The notes under the pieces were generated by a model that had not been told where the DNA came from, did not search any database, and saw nothing but the letters and a program-made list of their open reading frames with translations. DNA of 64,000 bases. Source: Raillietiella orientalis (Eukaryota). The DNA lies in contig JAYWIR010000030.1 of assembly GCA_036172245.1 (NCBI GenBank), positions 1,426,001 to 1,490,000 of the forward strand. Reading direction: 5' to 3'. The position numbers were made by a program, and so were the translations under genes. Positions 12,601-25,900 of the stretch are shown one piece after another. Each line of letters opens with the position of its first letter. Position 1 is the stretch's first letter.

Positions 12601-14950
12601 AAGTCTTCCTGAACCTCAAGAAGTGACTCAACGGTTCGAGGAAAGGATGGAGGAGTTGGAAAATGCAGTGCTGAACTCCCAGGCGGCGGAATTTCTTGCA
12701 GAAGGTTTCAAAGAGCTCGTTGCACGGTATCCAAAGTATTTGGAAAAAAGTGGTGACTACGTAGGAAAATGACATGGGGATAGAGCAATGTCTCCTGCCG
12801 AAAGGGACTTGAGGGACGAGGGGCGCCACAGCGATCGCTTGTTCACTTTCGATGAGAACCACAAGATGGCCGCATCTGCACCGAGATAAGGAGGAACTCG
12901 CCTGCATCCCAGACAAGATGCTAAGAACGCCAGAGAGCACTCAGAGGTCCCTTAATGTTTTTCAAGCGCATTTTTTTCTTTTTTTGCTATTTATTTTTTG
13001 TTTACTCCCCCCTTCCCCAACCCCCCTATTTTTGCCTGTGCGACCACTGTCGGCAAGATGCTCGCAAGCAGTTAACGCCCCTCGGAACTTTTACCGACGT
13101 AGTCGGACCCTCAGCCCCCTGGAGGACGGGAGGCAATGGAGGAATTTATGCGTAGATGTGCATAAGTTTTGGCAGTCCGTGGGGTGGCCCGGGCGGAAAC
13201 CCGCCGCGCTGCAGGATGATCCACTTAAGACCGGCCCCACTCGGCAGGCTCGTCCCGTCGTATTCCCGGTCTTCCATGTTCGCCGCCTCCTCCCCACAAA
13301 TCTCTAGAAGGTCTCAGCGCTCCCGGAATAGCAGATCCAGGCTCCTGCAGGGTGCGCGACTTGCAGGTGGGAGGCCTCGATCTGCGCGCGTCTTTGCCGC
13401 GGGGCCGGATTCGAGGAAGACAGGCTTTAAGTGCCGCGACCCGTGGAAAGGAACTGCCAAGTTGTGGGATGCCCACCCTGGGGATCTTCCCAGCGCGACG
13501 GGTCCTCGTCCTCGGCACTTTCTTCTCGCGTCACCTCCACGCCAGCCCAGCTCAAGATTCATTCTTTGTCTGCTTGCTGTTCACTTCTTCAACTGCGGAA
13601 GGGGCGGCGGGTGGGTTGTGGGGCAAGGTCGATTCGTGGGTGCGCGGTGGTCCCCCCCTCGGCGATGCCCTCTCGTTCGCGGAAGTGGGCCACTCATCAA
13701 GGCGACCAATGCAGACCCAATGCAGGAGTTGATGACTCGCCACGGGGATCACGGCGGGGCGTAACCTCGCCAGAGGATGTCCCTTCCACACGCAGATCAA
13801 AGCGAGGCCCAGGAAGGAGACGTAGGGATGACTCAGAGAGATCCTCCTGTGCAAAGCACCCGGGAAAACTTCGTTCCGATTTTCTAGGGGAGCGCGCGTG
13901 AGGCCGCCATTTTGGAAAGCTGCCGAGCCCACCCCGTTGCCGAGGCTGAGAGGAGACAGTCTTCTTGCCAAGATGGGAGTGGCTTCTGCGCTCCCTCCGA
14001 ATGTATGGGAGCTGCACTTTCGCAGGCTGCTGGTTCGACGATCCCCTTCGGAGCTTGATAGGAAATCGAAGGCACGTCCGTGGTCAGTTCCCACCACCAC
14101 CACCCCGGAAGTAACTCCGCCACCGACTTCCGCGTGCCTGCAAGGACCTAAACAGCCACTTGCAGCACAAGAGGGTTAGGATCTCCCGGATCCTTCAGAG
14201 GAGATTCAAGAGACAGATCTCGAAAAGAGCACGAAAATCCATTCAGGATCCACACCCTGATCGCCTCCACCCTTCCGGACCAAGTAACAGCTGCAAGAGA
14301 AGGAGGAGGAAGGAAGAAGGAGGCACATGGAAAACGCGTCGGCCTCCTTGCAAGCAAGATGAGGCTTTGGTTCTCCAGGATCGTCGCCGCCAAACTAAGG
14401 AGCCGTTCGAAAACCTCTACCCGTCCCCGTCTCCCCATGGGGAGAAGGAAGAGCATCTCCAGCAGGGCAGTTCCCTTAGCAGAAAGGCCACCCTCCTCCA
14501 GATCAGCAAGCAGCTTTTTGGAGCTTTAGCTCAAGGTTCACCCCCGTATCTCGAACCCCTATTCCTCCAGGTCGAACGGGGGACTCGCCTCCGCGCATTT
14601 CCATTGGCGTTCCAGGAGACCCTCCTCTTTCCGGAACATCCTACACAGGATGTTCCGCGCCCCTTTCCGGGTACGGTCCTGGGAGAGTGTGAGTCCGGGA
14701 GAACCCCAAGGCACTCGGAGAGACGGAAGTCCCCTGGGTTCTCATGCTTTCCCACTTCTCCTCCCATCCCCACCTCCCGCTGTCTGCGCGAAGGAGGGGA
14801 ACTCACCAATCAGAGGGCGCACGGCATAGATCATGCTGATGAAGAAGGCGGTGAGCAACAGCAGACCAATAAGGGTGAAGCACTGCTTGCGATCGACCTT
14901 TACCAGCCTCACATCCGTCTTATCCGCCTTGAGGGTAGGCAGCCGCACCC
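3654..14950 (-). CDS. M1-family (aminopeptidase N-like) type II membrane protein, predicted catalytically inactive; partial (first and last exons not resolved)
   Basis: Phase-compatible GT-AG exons: 14950-14807 (TM anchor CFTLIGLLLLTAFFISMIYAV), 11193-11035 (RLPQSVEPYLYDVYIHP), 10967-10685, 7980-7809 (LFPTGARSVFPCFDEP), 6009-5781 (YEDLLGLPLPIPKM), 4330-4185, 4137-3889 (WIGSTVAMEWWTDAW), 3821-3654 (ASSVMWML..LG..F..GL). Total 1550 nt with no stop codon. Confidence 0.88.
6071..7520. mobile_element. Non-autonomous Ricksha-like MULE with nested fold-back mariner, in an intron of the aminopeptidase-like gene
   Basis: Inverted termini ttcaaaatcccgaaagatc (~6079-6098) and gatctttcgggactttga (~7494-7511). 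Internal AT-rich block ~6990-7190 is homologous to ~28745-28940. Confidence 0.75.
6125..6765. mobile_element. Rearranged non-autonomous mariner (irritans/Hsmar2-like terminus), fold-back structure
   Basis: TA followed by cgaggctcatctcaaaag terminus. Minus strand: DFRKNGATIT...KLRRATWNRRRGMLRSGIVLLHRDNA and ELVPRDGKCLEKK.SGDYAQK. Plus strand: RFTWELFDHP..DLEPS..VFLNLKK. These match mariner HDNA, YSPDLAP and GDYVEK regions. Confidence 0.85.
8700..10450 (-). mobile_element. Probable highly degraded Ty3/gypsy pol remnant
   Basis: Fragments in RT-RNaseH-integrase order on the minus strand: YGCLFSREILQ...LEDRWSGI and HGQLRRIL...VSFLESH (RT-like), LELLKYD (RNase H end-like), RILIPS..EILRK (integrase N-terminal-like). 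Many stops and frameshifts; judged by eye only. Confidence 0.35.
12054..12781. mobile_element. Rearranged non-autonomous mariner, second fold-back copy
   Basis: TA+cgaggctcatttcaaaag terminus; near-identical internal layout to 6125-6765; LLLHDNAP motif; inverted arms ~12147-12314 and ~12615-12781. Confidence 0.85.
13100..14700 (-). mobile_element. Possible degraded ORF1 (gag-like) of an L1/Tx1-type LINE
   Basis: GC-rich intronic block. Minus-strand fragments RVWILNG...DLSLESPLKDPG and LICVWKGHPLAR (degenerate CCHC-knuckle-like), interrupted by stops. Confidence 0.35.
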
Positions 14951-15091
14951 CTGAAAAGCACCACCCTAAAAATCATGGGAAGGTCGGAACCGAACGCGGC
15001 GCGCGTCGACGTAGGTGAGGAGAAGAGGGGGAGAGCAAAGATTTCCTCGTTTCTGTCCTCTCTCTGAGCATTTGTGCCGCTTCCAGCATCC

Positions 15092-15115
15092 CTGCTGCTG
15101 CTGCTGCTGCTGCTG
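15092..15115 (+). repeat. (CTG)8 microsatellite
   Basis: ctgctgctgctgctgctgctgctg seen directly. Confidence 0.9.
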
Positions 15116-17014
15116 GAAGCCGTCCTCTCCACCTTCCTCGGAAAGGCAGCAGCACGTGTTCCGCTTTCAGGATCGCCGCGGCATGTCCCGAGCCATTCCT
15201 GTCCCCACCCCTTCCTTCCCAGAATGCGCCCTCTTCCGGAATGGAGAGTCACCCCTTTGCTCCCATGGGTGGGTGTCTTTCCTTCCTCTCTGCCTCCGGT
15301 TCCACGGCGTTGGAGCTCTCATCCTGAGAGCGGAAAATTCCGTGGCGCTCCAGGAGCCAACGAGCGGATAAAGTGCCTTAGAAGCAGCCGGATCGCTCTA
15401 GCGGGAGGCTGCGGAGCAGCCATAAAGATGTGAGGCCCGCCCACTCCAACCTCGGCGGATGCGCAGCCTTAGAGAGGACGGCGTCCGCTCCTCCGGTTGC
15501 AGTCCTCAGGGGAACGAGGGACTCCCGGACGGACGGCGAGGCGGCTGGCCAACGCGAGCCGAGGCCCAGGACGCGATGGCAGGTCGCTCCAAATTGGGAT
15601 CCTCCCTCTCCAGCTTCAGCAAAGGAGCTCAGTTCGCGAGGACGGACGGACACCCGCGGAGCGACGGAAAGGGTTCACGCGATCGCCAGTCCGCATGGCT
15701 TGTCCGCCCCTCCGCGACTTCCCGTCCTTGAGCGGTCGGTCGGCCAACGACCTTGACACTTCCGCCTTCAGAGACGGAGGTTTCCTATTCCAGACTCCCC
15801 GGTCTCTGGTGGAAGAGACGAGCGCATCCGGGGGCAGCGGACAAGAGCAAGTCTTGGAGATTGCGGCGGGACGCTGAAGAACACGCAGTCGACCGAGAAG
15901 CGGGGAGCTCTGAGGCGACGATCCTTTTCCTCACCCTCCTGGGCCAACATGAAGAGAACCTGCGTCTCTGCCTCCACACAGGATGGCCTTCCCCTCGACC
16001 TCAAAACCGGACGCTGCAAAGCCTCGAGGCGAACCTGTTTCAAGTGGCTCATTCCACCGCAGTTTGATGATATCAAGCCAAAGTCAGCAATCCAACACGT
16101 GCCATTCCTCGACTCCGCATCCTTACACTGCTCTTTCTCTCGATGTTTTCATGGAATTAATCGCCCGATGCAAAACCGACAATCCCCCTTAGAACCCTAG
16201 AGACTTCCCTGACCTTCCCATCTTTCTACGGTTACATTCCCTACCCAGCACGTATCTTCTTACAAGTCCCCGAGGTGAAAGGCGGGCGACAAAATCCGCT
16301 TAAGAAATGCCAACTGCTTAGAATTGTAACCACTAGTTTTTGTTTTTTTTTATTTGCTCTCCCAAAGATGAGCGCCCTCCAACTTCTCCGGCCCAACTGC
16401 TACTGTCGTTCGTCTCAGGCGCAAGAAGAGGTTGATGTCAGCGAGCCTCCGATGCCACAAGGTTTCTCAGGGGAAACAAAAAGATTTAGATAGCTCCTGG
16501 ATCCCCACATCCCTGTGTCAGAGCCATGTTTTGGGTGCACACCCTGCTCCCCATCCATCGTTCCCATCTTTTTCCTGCCGTTGCTCTTTGTTCTTCAGGG
16601 GCGTTCCTCGGTCTTTAATCCCTGAAAGCGTCTATGCAGAGTCCTGAGAAAAGTGATGACGTCCGCCGAAGTATTTGCTTCTGGACGACAAGTGATGTAA
16701 TTCTCTCAATTCCTTTCAGATGCTCCTCGTGATTCGTGGCAATGGACCCTCCCTATGTAATCATGGGAAGGTTGTTTACGAGAACGAGCGGTTTCATCGG
16801 GAGACTCGTGATCTCTCAGCTCATTTCTTAGAGCGTGGATCCAGACAAAAACAATCGATTTCACTGACACCCCTATATTGATGAACGAGTGCTGCTGGAG
16901 ACAACCTCATCAACATCGGTAGCATCGACAGAGACAGCTCTTAAAGGAAGTAATGGTCGCTGTGCTTCCTGAATGTATGCTGAAGGAGTTTAGTTCAGGG
17001 AACATTTTTCCTTT

Positions 17015-17450
17015 TTTAAAAACCAGTAGCGAATCCACGAAGAGATCGTTACTATTGGCCCAGGACGATGGAAATCCTTTTGGGCTCTATTCTGTCTTTC
17101 GCTGTTATCCTTTCAGCTTTTTTTTTTTTTTGGTTCGCTGAGTACCTCAAGAACCGTCGCGCGCCTTGTGGCTCGCGCAACTCTTTCACACTGTTCCACA
17201 CCACCCGAGGGTGCGTGTGATTCTTCAAGATAGGGGGTACCCTGGGAGGGATCCGCCCTATGAATCCAGGAATGGCTCGGAATCCGTTCCTCTCACACCT
17301 GGGGAGGAATGGAGATCACCTCCACCCTGGTGGTTGTCTCCTGTTTGCTCCTCTGAAGAGAGCCCCGAAGGGTCTCTTCTGAATTTTCTCAGAAGGCAGC
17401 TCCCCAGAGGGTGCGGCGCGCTTCATTGCACTCTGGAGAGGTGTCTTTAA
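17015..17450 (+). mobile_element. Second, shorter copy of the repeat at 1-795
   Basis: Homologous to the reverse complement of ~120-795, but lacks the internal tandem block at ~235-400. Confidence 0.6.
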
Positions 17451-19902
17451 TCCACCAACTCCATGGTACGAGACGAAGAGTCCTCCCGAAGGGGATGGGT
17501 TGCCCCCCAATCCCGGCCACTCATCGAGGGCGTCCGGTTTGAACCGCTACCGGTGCCGCACCTGGATGAATGTAGGCCAACCAGAATATCTTGCGGGAGG
17601 AACTCGAACCCACGACGCACCCCCATTCTCGGCGTCGATTCTTGCCGAGTATTCGAACCCGCGACGCGCGGAGACCGTGACCATGTGGGCTCCGAAGCGG
17701 GAACATTTATCAAGCACTGTTCTGCTCCATCTTCAGCATCCCTCAAGCAGCCAAGCCATTGAAAGAAGGCAATTCAGCAGCAGAGAAGATTTATCTCAAA
17801 TCGAAGGTAGAAAGCTTTCCCTTTTCGCTCGCCGCCTGAAGCGGGTGGATACTAACGATCCGTTGCATTGCAGCCTCACGGCAGCTGAAGACGGTCTTGG
17901 TCTTCTCTTGGATATCTTTTGTCTTCGCTCGATCGATTTGCAAATTTTGCATCGAATGGTCGCCAGCTCACCTGGATGCTCGCTTCCAGCCCAGATTCTC
18001 GAATGATAGATCCAATTTTGCATGCACTGTTTTCACGCTGCTGTCAAAAGACGTCTACTCTAGGAATTTGTGTAGCTGCATTTACACAGTACTGTAGGAC
18101 AAACAAAGGTCTTTCCATTTCGGGAGAGTTTTTTCTTGAAGCCTTTCCGAGGTCTTCTTCGCTCTGCAACTTTTGCTTTAAAAGAACCGACAGATTAAAC
18201 CGAAGAAAACCCAAGACTTCACTCTATATACTTAGCAACGCTCTAAGGACTACCTTACACAGTCGGTATCGAATTCTTGACGTAGCTAAAAGGAAATTTC
18301 CTAACAAATGGAAATCGGAAAATTTCCATTTGTTAGGACCCTACCCATCCAAAAGCGATTCAAAAGACGAGAGTCCATCACAAAGCCGGGCATGTGACTG
18401 TGTCGTAACAAGTCGCCGTTTGGCCGAGCTGACAGACCCCGGCAAGCAAGAGCTGGAACCTTTGTGTCCTTATGAAACGAAGAGTGGCACCGGCCATTGC
18501 AAGGGAAAGTCAACTTCCGGTTCGGAATAGCAAACAAGAGAACTTTTCCCTATTTCACAAATTAGCAGAAGGCATGCAGTAGGGCCTTCCGTTCGACTAC
18601 GCTCAGGCCCTGCGCTACATACAAGAGATGGTTTCCCGATTCATTCGCGGCAGAAGCAACTTTGAATATGCCATCCTTATGCGATCTCATATAAAAACAC
18701 ATACTTTCCCTACGTATCATATCCGTACTCTGGAGCTCAGCTCAAGGTTCTCTCTAATATTGAGCTTTTCGCACGAGCACACCTATTCTTCAACGAGAAT
18801 CTGTGCAACTTGATAGCCGGCAGCATTGGTTCTCGGAATTTCATCTCTCCCTGAGCCCTGCAATTACGCAAGCAATTGACTTCACGCGGCCTTCGCTAAT
18901 TTCTGATGAATAAGTATTTTCTCCTAAGGAGATCACAGGGTGCACAGCTGAACGCAGTACCCTGGAATGCGCTCATCCGGGTATACATTCGGATCGTACG
19001 TGCGGTACATTCCGAAGAGCCGATGAGAGAATGGCTGACTTCCTGATTCGCTCGCTTCCTGCCTCCTAAAAACGGATCTCAGCCACCACCTGCAAAATGA
19101 CAATTTGACCCCTGGCTGATTTCGATGCTCCATTTCTGACGCGCATTCACATCGCGCTGCTTGGTCGCCAGATGAACACGAAGAAAGAGCGAACCGAAGA
19201 AAAAGTTAGCACGCATTCCGTCGGAAGAATCCGTCTGACGTGGACGCAGAAACGCGCACGCGCTCGCGAGATGAGAGACCAACATCCGGCGCGCGCTGCC
19301 TTACGGTAACTGCAACTTTTTGCTTGCACGATTGACTTCGTCCGAGAAGGGCATAAAGGTGTCAAGAGACGGACTGCCCGTTCCAGGTGCGGGGCAGAGT
19401 GCCACCGCTCTTCCTCTTATAAAGAACTCTTCCTACCTACCCTTTTCCCTGACGCTGTATTGCACGGCCGAAAGAGGCGCCTTAGCCATACTTTGACAGA
19501 GAGAGTAGGTTTCCCCTCACGTGAAGACCACATTCACGACACTGGAGCCTGCATGGCTTCTTCTACTATGGCGAACAATTACGATGCCACTCATCAAATG
19601 GCTGCAATGGCGCAGCTGCTGAGCAGCTCACAAGTGCTGCTTTCGTTCTCTTTTTTTTTTTTTTTTTTTTTTGCAGATTCGCCTTCTAGTCTTTGCCCGA
19701 GTAGAAGCACTCATTCGAAGCCAAAGGGAGAAAACACATTCCCAAGATGCTTACTCCGGTGAGAGGGTACTGCAACTGTAGAAGAAACCTCGATGCCACC
19801 GGAGATGCCAGTTATCGGAAAGTGCAATGAAACATCAAAACAGAAAAACTATGCTTTAGTTGATGATATGCTGCTGATTGTTGATCTTAAGACTAAAACG
19901 TA

Positions 19903-22900
19903 TCACAGTAGATTGACTACAGCAAGAAGGAACAGAAGACCAGCTCCAGAAGAACATAACGAACGGGATGCACACGTTAGCGCGTCCATGGGAACGGGAA
20001 TCGTGGGGGCGTCGTGTGCACGGTAAACGGAAGAGCAATTCTGCAACAGAGTGACGCTGACGATGCACGTCTCACACACAGCACGTGTACGTACGTCGCA
20101 GAAGAGCTTGCATTCCGGACAGATCAATCCGCCTATGTGGAGCCAACCGTTGGACCACAGCTGCACCTTCAGCTTCTGCTCGGTGTAGGAACACGTGAAC
20201 GTGCGGCCGTCCACCTGGGAAAGAGACCTGCCCAAACGGAAGCAATTCGGAGGAAACCTCCTTACCAGAATGTTCAAGAAGCCGTTGCTGCACTCGTATT
20301 CGTAGCAACCGGCGCCGTAGTTGCTCCACTGGCGCGTCTGCTTGTTGCAGGCGTGCTCTTCCCACTGGACGTTCGTTTGCTCGAAGCAACGCGACGATGG
20401 TCCGTAGCGCTCCAGGGCGAAGTTCTTCTCAGGACCTGCAAAGCAAACCTGGGAATCCACAGCCGGACGCTTGACGACGTCTCCTCACTAGGATTGTTTT
20501 CGACGAAACCGCAGCGCGACTCGTGCCTCTCCAACGCGTCGTTCTTCCACGTGAACTCCTGAGGGTAAGGACAGTAGTCGGCGAGACTGACAGATCCTCC
20601 GTAACGGGAAACCACGGAGGAGGAAACATTGGGGAGCTTCTCGAAGTTCTGGAAGGAGAAAGCGCGGGGTAGAAGATGGTAAGCAGAGAGCAGGCAGCCC
20701 CAACCTGGAACCGAGCTGGGAGAGGTAAGCCATGGTCTATAAGATTGCAAATGGCCACCGACATGCCATCGAGGGTGCAGCGCATCTGCAGCGGATCCTT
20801 CTTGATATCGGTGCAGTAAGGGCTAGGAGACTCGCTTCTGCTCAGGAAGACAGGGAAACGCTGGGTTGTTTCGACGCTCCCGGGGAAAAATGGACGGGAG
20901 TACCTGGATTCTCTATCTTCTATCCACGACATGCAGGACTTCATGGCGAAATCACAACCGAGACCCTTGCCCCAGGTCAGGTCGTCTGCAGATGAATAGT
21001 CCGGTTGGTACCAGCCTGTATCTTCCATGAGCGCCAAGGTTATGCGTGAATAGGAGGCTTCCTGAGTTTGAGCTCCGGTCATGGCCTCGTTCTGGACAAA
21101 TTCGGAAGGTCAGCAGAAAGCTGGAGGCGACGGCGAAGCGCGTGACGTGCTGAGAGGCGAGTAGCGCGCGCAAGAGAGTTGGAGGTGAGTGGGGATGGGG
21201 TGGAGTAAGGGGAGAGCAAGCGGACAGGCGCAAAGAAGAAGCATAAATCGAAAGAGAACGGCGCGGAGACGCCCACGCGCCGCACGGGAAGGCGCGCTTT
21301 ACCTCGAACACGCGCTTTTCCCAATGAGTCAGGAAGGTGCCCTCGTGTCCCTGATCCTCAAGCTCGGCACCTTCCAAGATGGAGCAGTTGAAGTGGTTCC
21401 GCGCTTCCTCCACCACCCTTCGCGTGACGATAACGAAGACGTCCTTCGTCACGTGGCCGGAGGCGACGCGCCAGAGCTTCCTGCGTATTTTCTGCACCAC
21501 GCTTGACTGCTTCTCGGCCAGGAGCAGTCTGTCCGGAGTTTGATTTCACGGGCACGGAGTAGGGGAGGGGGTAGGGGGCAACCGATCTTATACGTACGCA
21601 TCTGTGATGATGGGTTTCCCGTGTATCCCGCGTCGAACGAGGGGTTCCCCGTCCTTACCACGGAAGTATGCGTAGAGGCTGGCGGAGAAACCCAGGGCGT
21701 GGAGGATTTCGTGCTTCACGGTGGACAAGATGGCTCCTACGTCCTGCGAGCGCACGCTGATGGCGTCGGGACAAAAATTGGCGTGCCCGGCGACCGGTCT
21801 GGAGACGCAAGGAGGAGGGCAGGTGCAGGGTGGGCGGGGAAAGCAGTCGCCATCGGGACCGATGCAGGGGTCCCGGAATGGGTTACCTGTCCAGAGAATT
21901 TTCCTGCTGGCAGTGGGCCGCGTACGAGACGGTGCTGCCGTTCAGGCAGCGCGTCGTCTGCAACGCCGACACGTACAGGCTGAAGTCAGAGTTCGTGACT
22001 CCCTTGCTCCCAGAGGTTTCCGTGATCATGCAGTGGTTCCCGAAGTGGTTGCATACCCGGCAGTCCTGCCCACAGAACGGAACCCAGCTGTCAGCACATT
22101 AAGTCGCAAAGGGGTCGCGAAATGTAGTGAGAAGGAGAAGACGGCAAGGCACCACCACCCACCGGGAAAGCCCAAGACCTCTCTCCAAGGGTGCACCAAA
22201 CGAGCAAGCAAAGTCCACGCGTGTTGCACCCGCGTGCGGGCGCGCGCGCGCGCACAGGGCGCTCTATCAGAGTCCGTGACTCAAGGACGAGACGACTTCA
22301 GCCAAGAAGCAAGGATCGGTTGCCTCCCGTTACCAGGGTTTTCCAGGTACATTAACACGAGCGCGTTTGAGGGCCGCAAGCTCTTGGAGGCCTTTTCCCA
22401 GGCAGCCAAGTACAGTTGCTGCTGACCGACCCAGCCTTGCGGCCGTGCATGGAGGCTTCGCAAGATCGAGTCGCCACGGCACGTGTCAAACGTGGGAATA
22501 TTCCAAAAAGAGCAAAGAAGAGTTGGGCAAGGGCGCGCAACCACAGTCCTTCTACTCCGAATCTCTTTCGAGGAGGATGCATGGTTCCTTAAGGAAACTT
22601 TGCATGCAATATGGGGACGCGCGCCTTCTTGGAAAGCTTCAAGGGGAAAGGTACGCCACCGAAAGATGACCAAGCACTCATGATGATTTCTCATAAAAAC
22701 CCAAAGTGCGGCAACATGAACAATGATAAGGGAAAATGGCATTTTCAAGGAGCATGCGGCTGTAAACGCTTCCTGATCGACCACCCCGATCTCTGGGGCC
22801 TCCTGTCTCTGGCATGCCTCTGAATGAGAATTCCGCCCCTGCAGAGCCCGATTTTTGACGACGTCGACAGAAAGGGTCTCTTCTGCGAGGTGCTGGAAGC

Positions 22901-25900
22901 TTCTCAAGCGACAGCTTTCAGGTCAACCTCGTTGCTCAGCTTCACTTTTTTTCTTTTACTGTCACCGCTTCAAGGCTGTTGGAAGAAAACCGTTTGAAAT
23001 GATGCTGATGAAGGAAAACGCTGGGAATCATGAGGACTCCCTGGACTCGCGATGAGCGATAGGAGGAACATGGCGAGGAAAAGAAAAAAGAAAAACCTGC
23101 AGGGGATCGCGTGAAAACTCTGGGAGACGCGGAGCACCAGAAGCCCAGCGACATATGCAGCACCACACCGCATGCACCAAAACCGAACCTCGAGCCCATC
23201 CAACCACAACTCAGCTTTGAATACTCACCTCTCGGTCGTGCTTCAACGGACAAAAAGTCCAAATTCAGGAAAGCACTGAAAGGACTTGCATTCCACTCGA
23301 GCCAACTCAAAAATTCAGGAAAAAGGATTGATATTAAAAAAAAAAAAAAAAAGGAAGAAGAAGAACAAGAAGAAAGATGCAGATGACGTAACATCTGATG
23401 CTCGGAATGCTTAACCAAACAACTTCATTTTCTGAACAAGTAACAGTCAAAGTTTCCGGTTTGAAGACGGACAAGGAAAGGAAACCTCGCTGCGGGAAGC
23501 GATTACACGAAGGAAACAAACAATTTCCGGTTCCGGCTTACTGACGGAAAAAAAGGTAGGTTTCGTCTCGAGACCGCGTCAGAAAGAAATTCAAAATTCT
23601 GACTAGGTCGCCCGAAGATTCTTACGTCCAAGTGTTCCTCCGGAACCTCCACTTCTCCACACATTGTGACCGGCTCGCAGCTTCCTCTGCAAAACGGGGA
23701 TGGGTGCTGATGAATGTAGAACGCTTGGTTGTCTTGGCATTTTCTGGAAATGGAATCAGATCAGGGCGACGAAAGTCTGGTTGGTAAGCTCCAGGAGGGC
23801 GAATGCAAGGAAATGAGAGAACTGGGCAGCGCCGTACATTTTTTACCGAGTAATGCGGAAAGATTTCTCGCACTTGCATTACCGAGCAACGCCGCGACGC
23901 GCCTCCACCTCGTAGCAAAAAATAAAGTAAAATAAATACACAGGGAGAGGCTGCTGCTATCTTCCGCATCCTTTCTCATCAAATGGTGGGACAACCTGGA
24001 GGAGAAACTCTTGATGTTCCACTATGGAAGGATCCTGAGCGGCTTCAGTTTCAATCCTGCACTTCCAACTCCGAGGATGGACGATCCCTGGCATGCGGAA
24101 ACACTAAAGAGAATTTATATCTCGATGCGTGCCGGACCCTTGGTCAAGATTGTAAAGTGGTGAGGCAGGAGACTCAGCCTTGATCAAGACTGAAATCCCC
24201 TAGGGACTCCTCGAGTATGCAGGAAACGTTCCCCCGTACAACCCCACGACGAGGGCAACCATCGCCTTCTTCATCCGAAGCATGCTCTCGTCAGGACAAA
24301 GCTACGGAGGTTGTACGACCAACAGAGCGAGACACACCCTAATAGACCTAGAAAGAAACTAGCAGCAGGGGGTGAGGCAAAGCTCCAGACTGAACACTCC
24401 ATCACACTCTGAAGCCAGCGAACGCGTTGGTGAAAGATCGAGTGGAATGGAGTCTCCTATCGCTACCCCTTCCTATGGACCGAACAGGAACAACCTTTTC
24501 TTGGCATGAGCTCACGTGTGTTTGTGTTTTCTGTATGGTGTGATTTGGTTCTCCAAACTCTCTCCCCTGCTGGCAGAACTCGGAAGTGCCCGCAGGAAAA
24601 GCATGGATTCGGCACCACGAACGAGTGAATTCATCAGTAGGTGACCCTTTGCGTGCTGAGAAAAGTGCAAACTTTCCCGATGACGTCACTCGTGTGGTAC
24701 TAGACGTGCACGTGCAGTCGTGAGTGCAGCAATATCACAACACTTCAGTTGCAAAGTACAGACTGATCAGCAGGCGATTCAAAGACGAATTCGACTGGAC
24801 AGAGAGAAGCTGCAGAGGCACCGAGGAACCGAGCGGCTGCTAGAAATGACGCTCTGCGAGAGAGGACGGGAAATGTTCATAAGGCATGTTTCGGTTACTT
24901 AGCTGATGATGGCTGGGTGAGGAATGGTGCGAAAAGACACTTCACCGTACGAAATTCCTCGACGCATCCTCTTGGATGCATCGAATTCGCTGAGGAGGAA
25001 GCGGCCTTGGGCAACACAACCCGGTCACGTTTCTCTTTCTCAGTCACAACGTCTTCATGAATCCCGTCTCTTCGTTCAACGAGAGAATCGCAGACATCAT
25101 AACATCAAAAATTTTGGAAGGATATTCCAGGCCGGAAACTGAAGAATCTCCATGCCATCCATCATTCATACGTGAAAGGACCTAATCCATTACACGTGTA
25201 GGGGCTGCTTCACCGACGGAAAGACAAAGGAGGAGCATGTGGGAACGCCCGGCAAGGAAGAAACATGTGCCCACCAGCTGACATAGTCTTACGTCACATC
25301 TTTGAGGACCAGCCACAAGCTTGTGAGGGGTTCGTAACTCGGATACGCCTCTTGCCGGAGTACTCGCAAAACGCAAGCAGACTCGCGAAGAACTAGAGAA
25401 TTCCCAAAATGTGATTGCGGATGGAGCGCTTCAGGAGCAGGAGCTGGGACAAATCTCCACGGGAGGTGACGAATCCGCATCTGTTTCGGTCGTCATGGAC
25501 TGCACCGGTGCCCAATGCAGTCCATAAGGACCGAGACCAATGGACACGATAGGTCCACTCGAGAGAGTCGAACCGCGGATTTGCTAAGCGAAGAGCTTTG
25601 CGTACAGAATAGGGTGATGGGTGTCAAGAGTTGGGGTGTGACCTTGAAGTTCGAAGAAACCCCGGATGTTGCTGGTAATATTATCTTCTACGCGTTCACC
25701 GTATGTGCTGGTACGATGATTCGGAAGGCGTTGGTGGAGCCGTTAGCATATCAGAGAAAACAATGCTGAAAATGAGGTTCTGTGCCACCGCAACGCTTTG
25801 AAGAATAGAAGTAATACTCTCTCGTCAGTTCATCAATAGCGGTAATACTCTCTAGTCTCTCTAGTCTATAATACTCCAGTCGTGGAGACTGCGTGCGGAG

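Noticed and set aside
14160..14954. 264-aa plus-strand ORF
   Set aside because: Antisense to the aminopeptidase TM exon and to a GC-rich TE-like block.
16680..16900. Integrase-like NERFHR fragment
   Set aside because: Too short and disrupted to support a call.
17919..18530. 203-aa plus-strand ORF
   Set aside because: No domain recognised on either strand; non-ATG start.
20014..22425. Several long plus-strand ORFs
   Set aside because: Antisense shadows of GC-rich LMLN exons.
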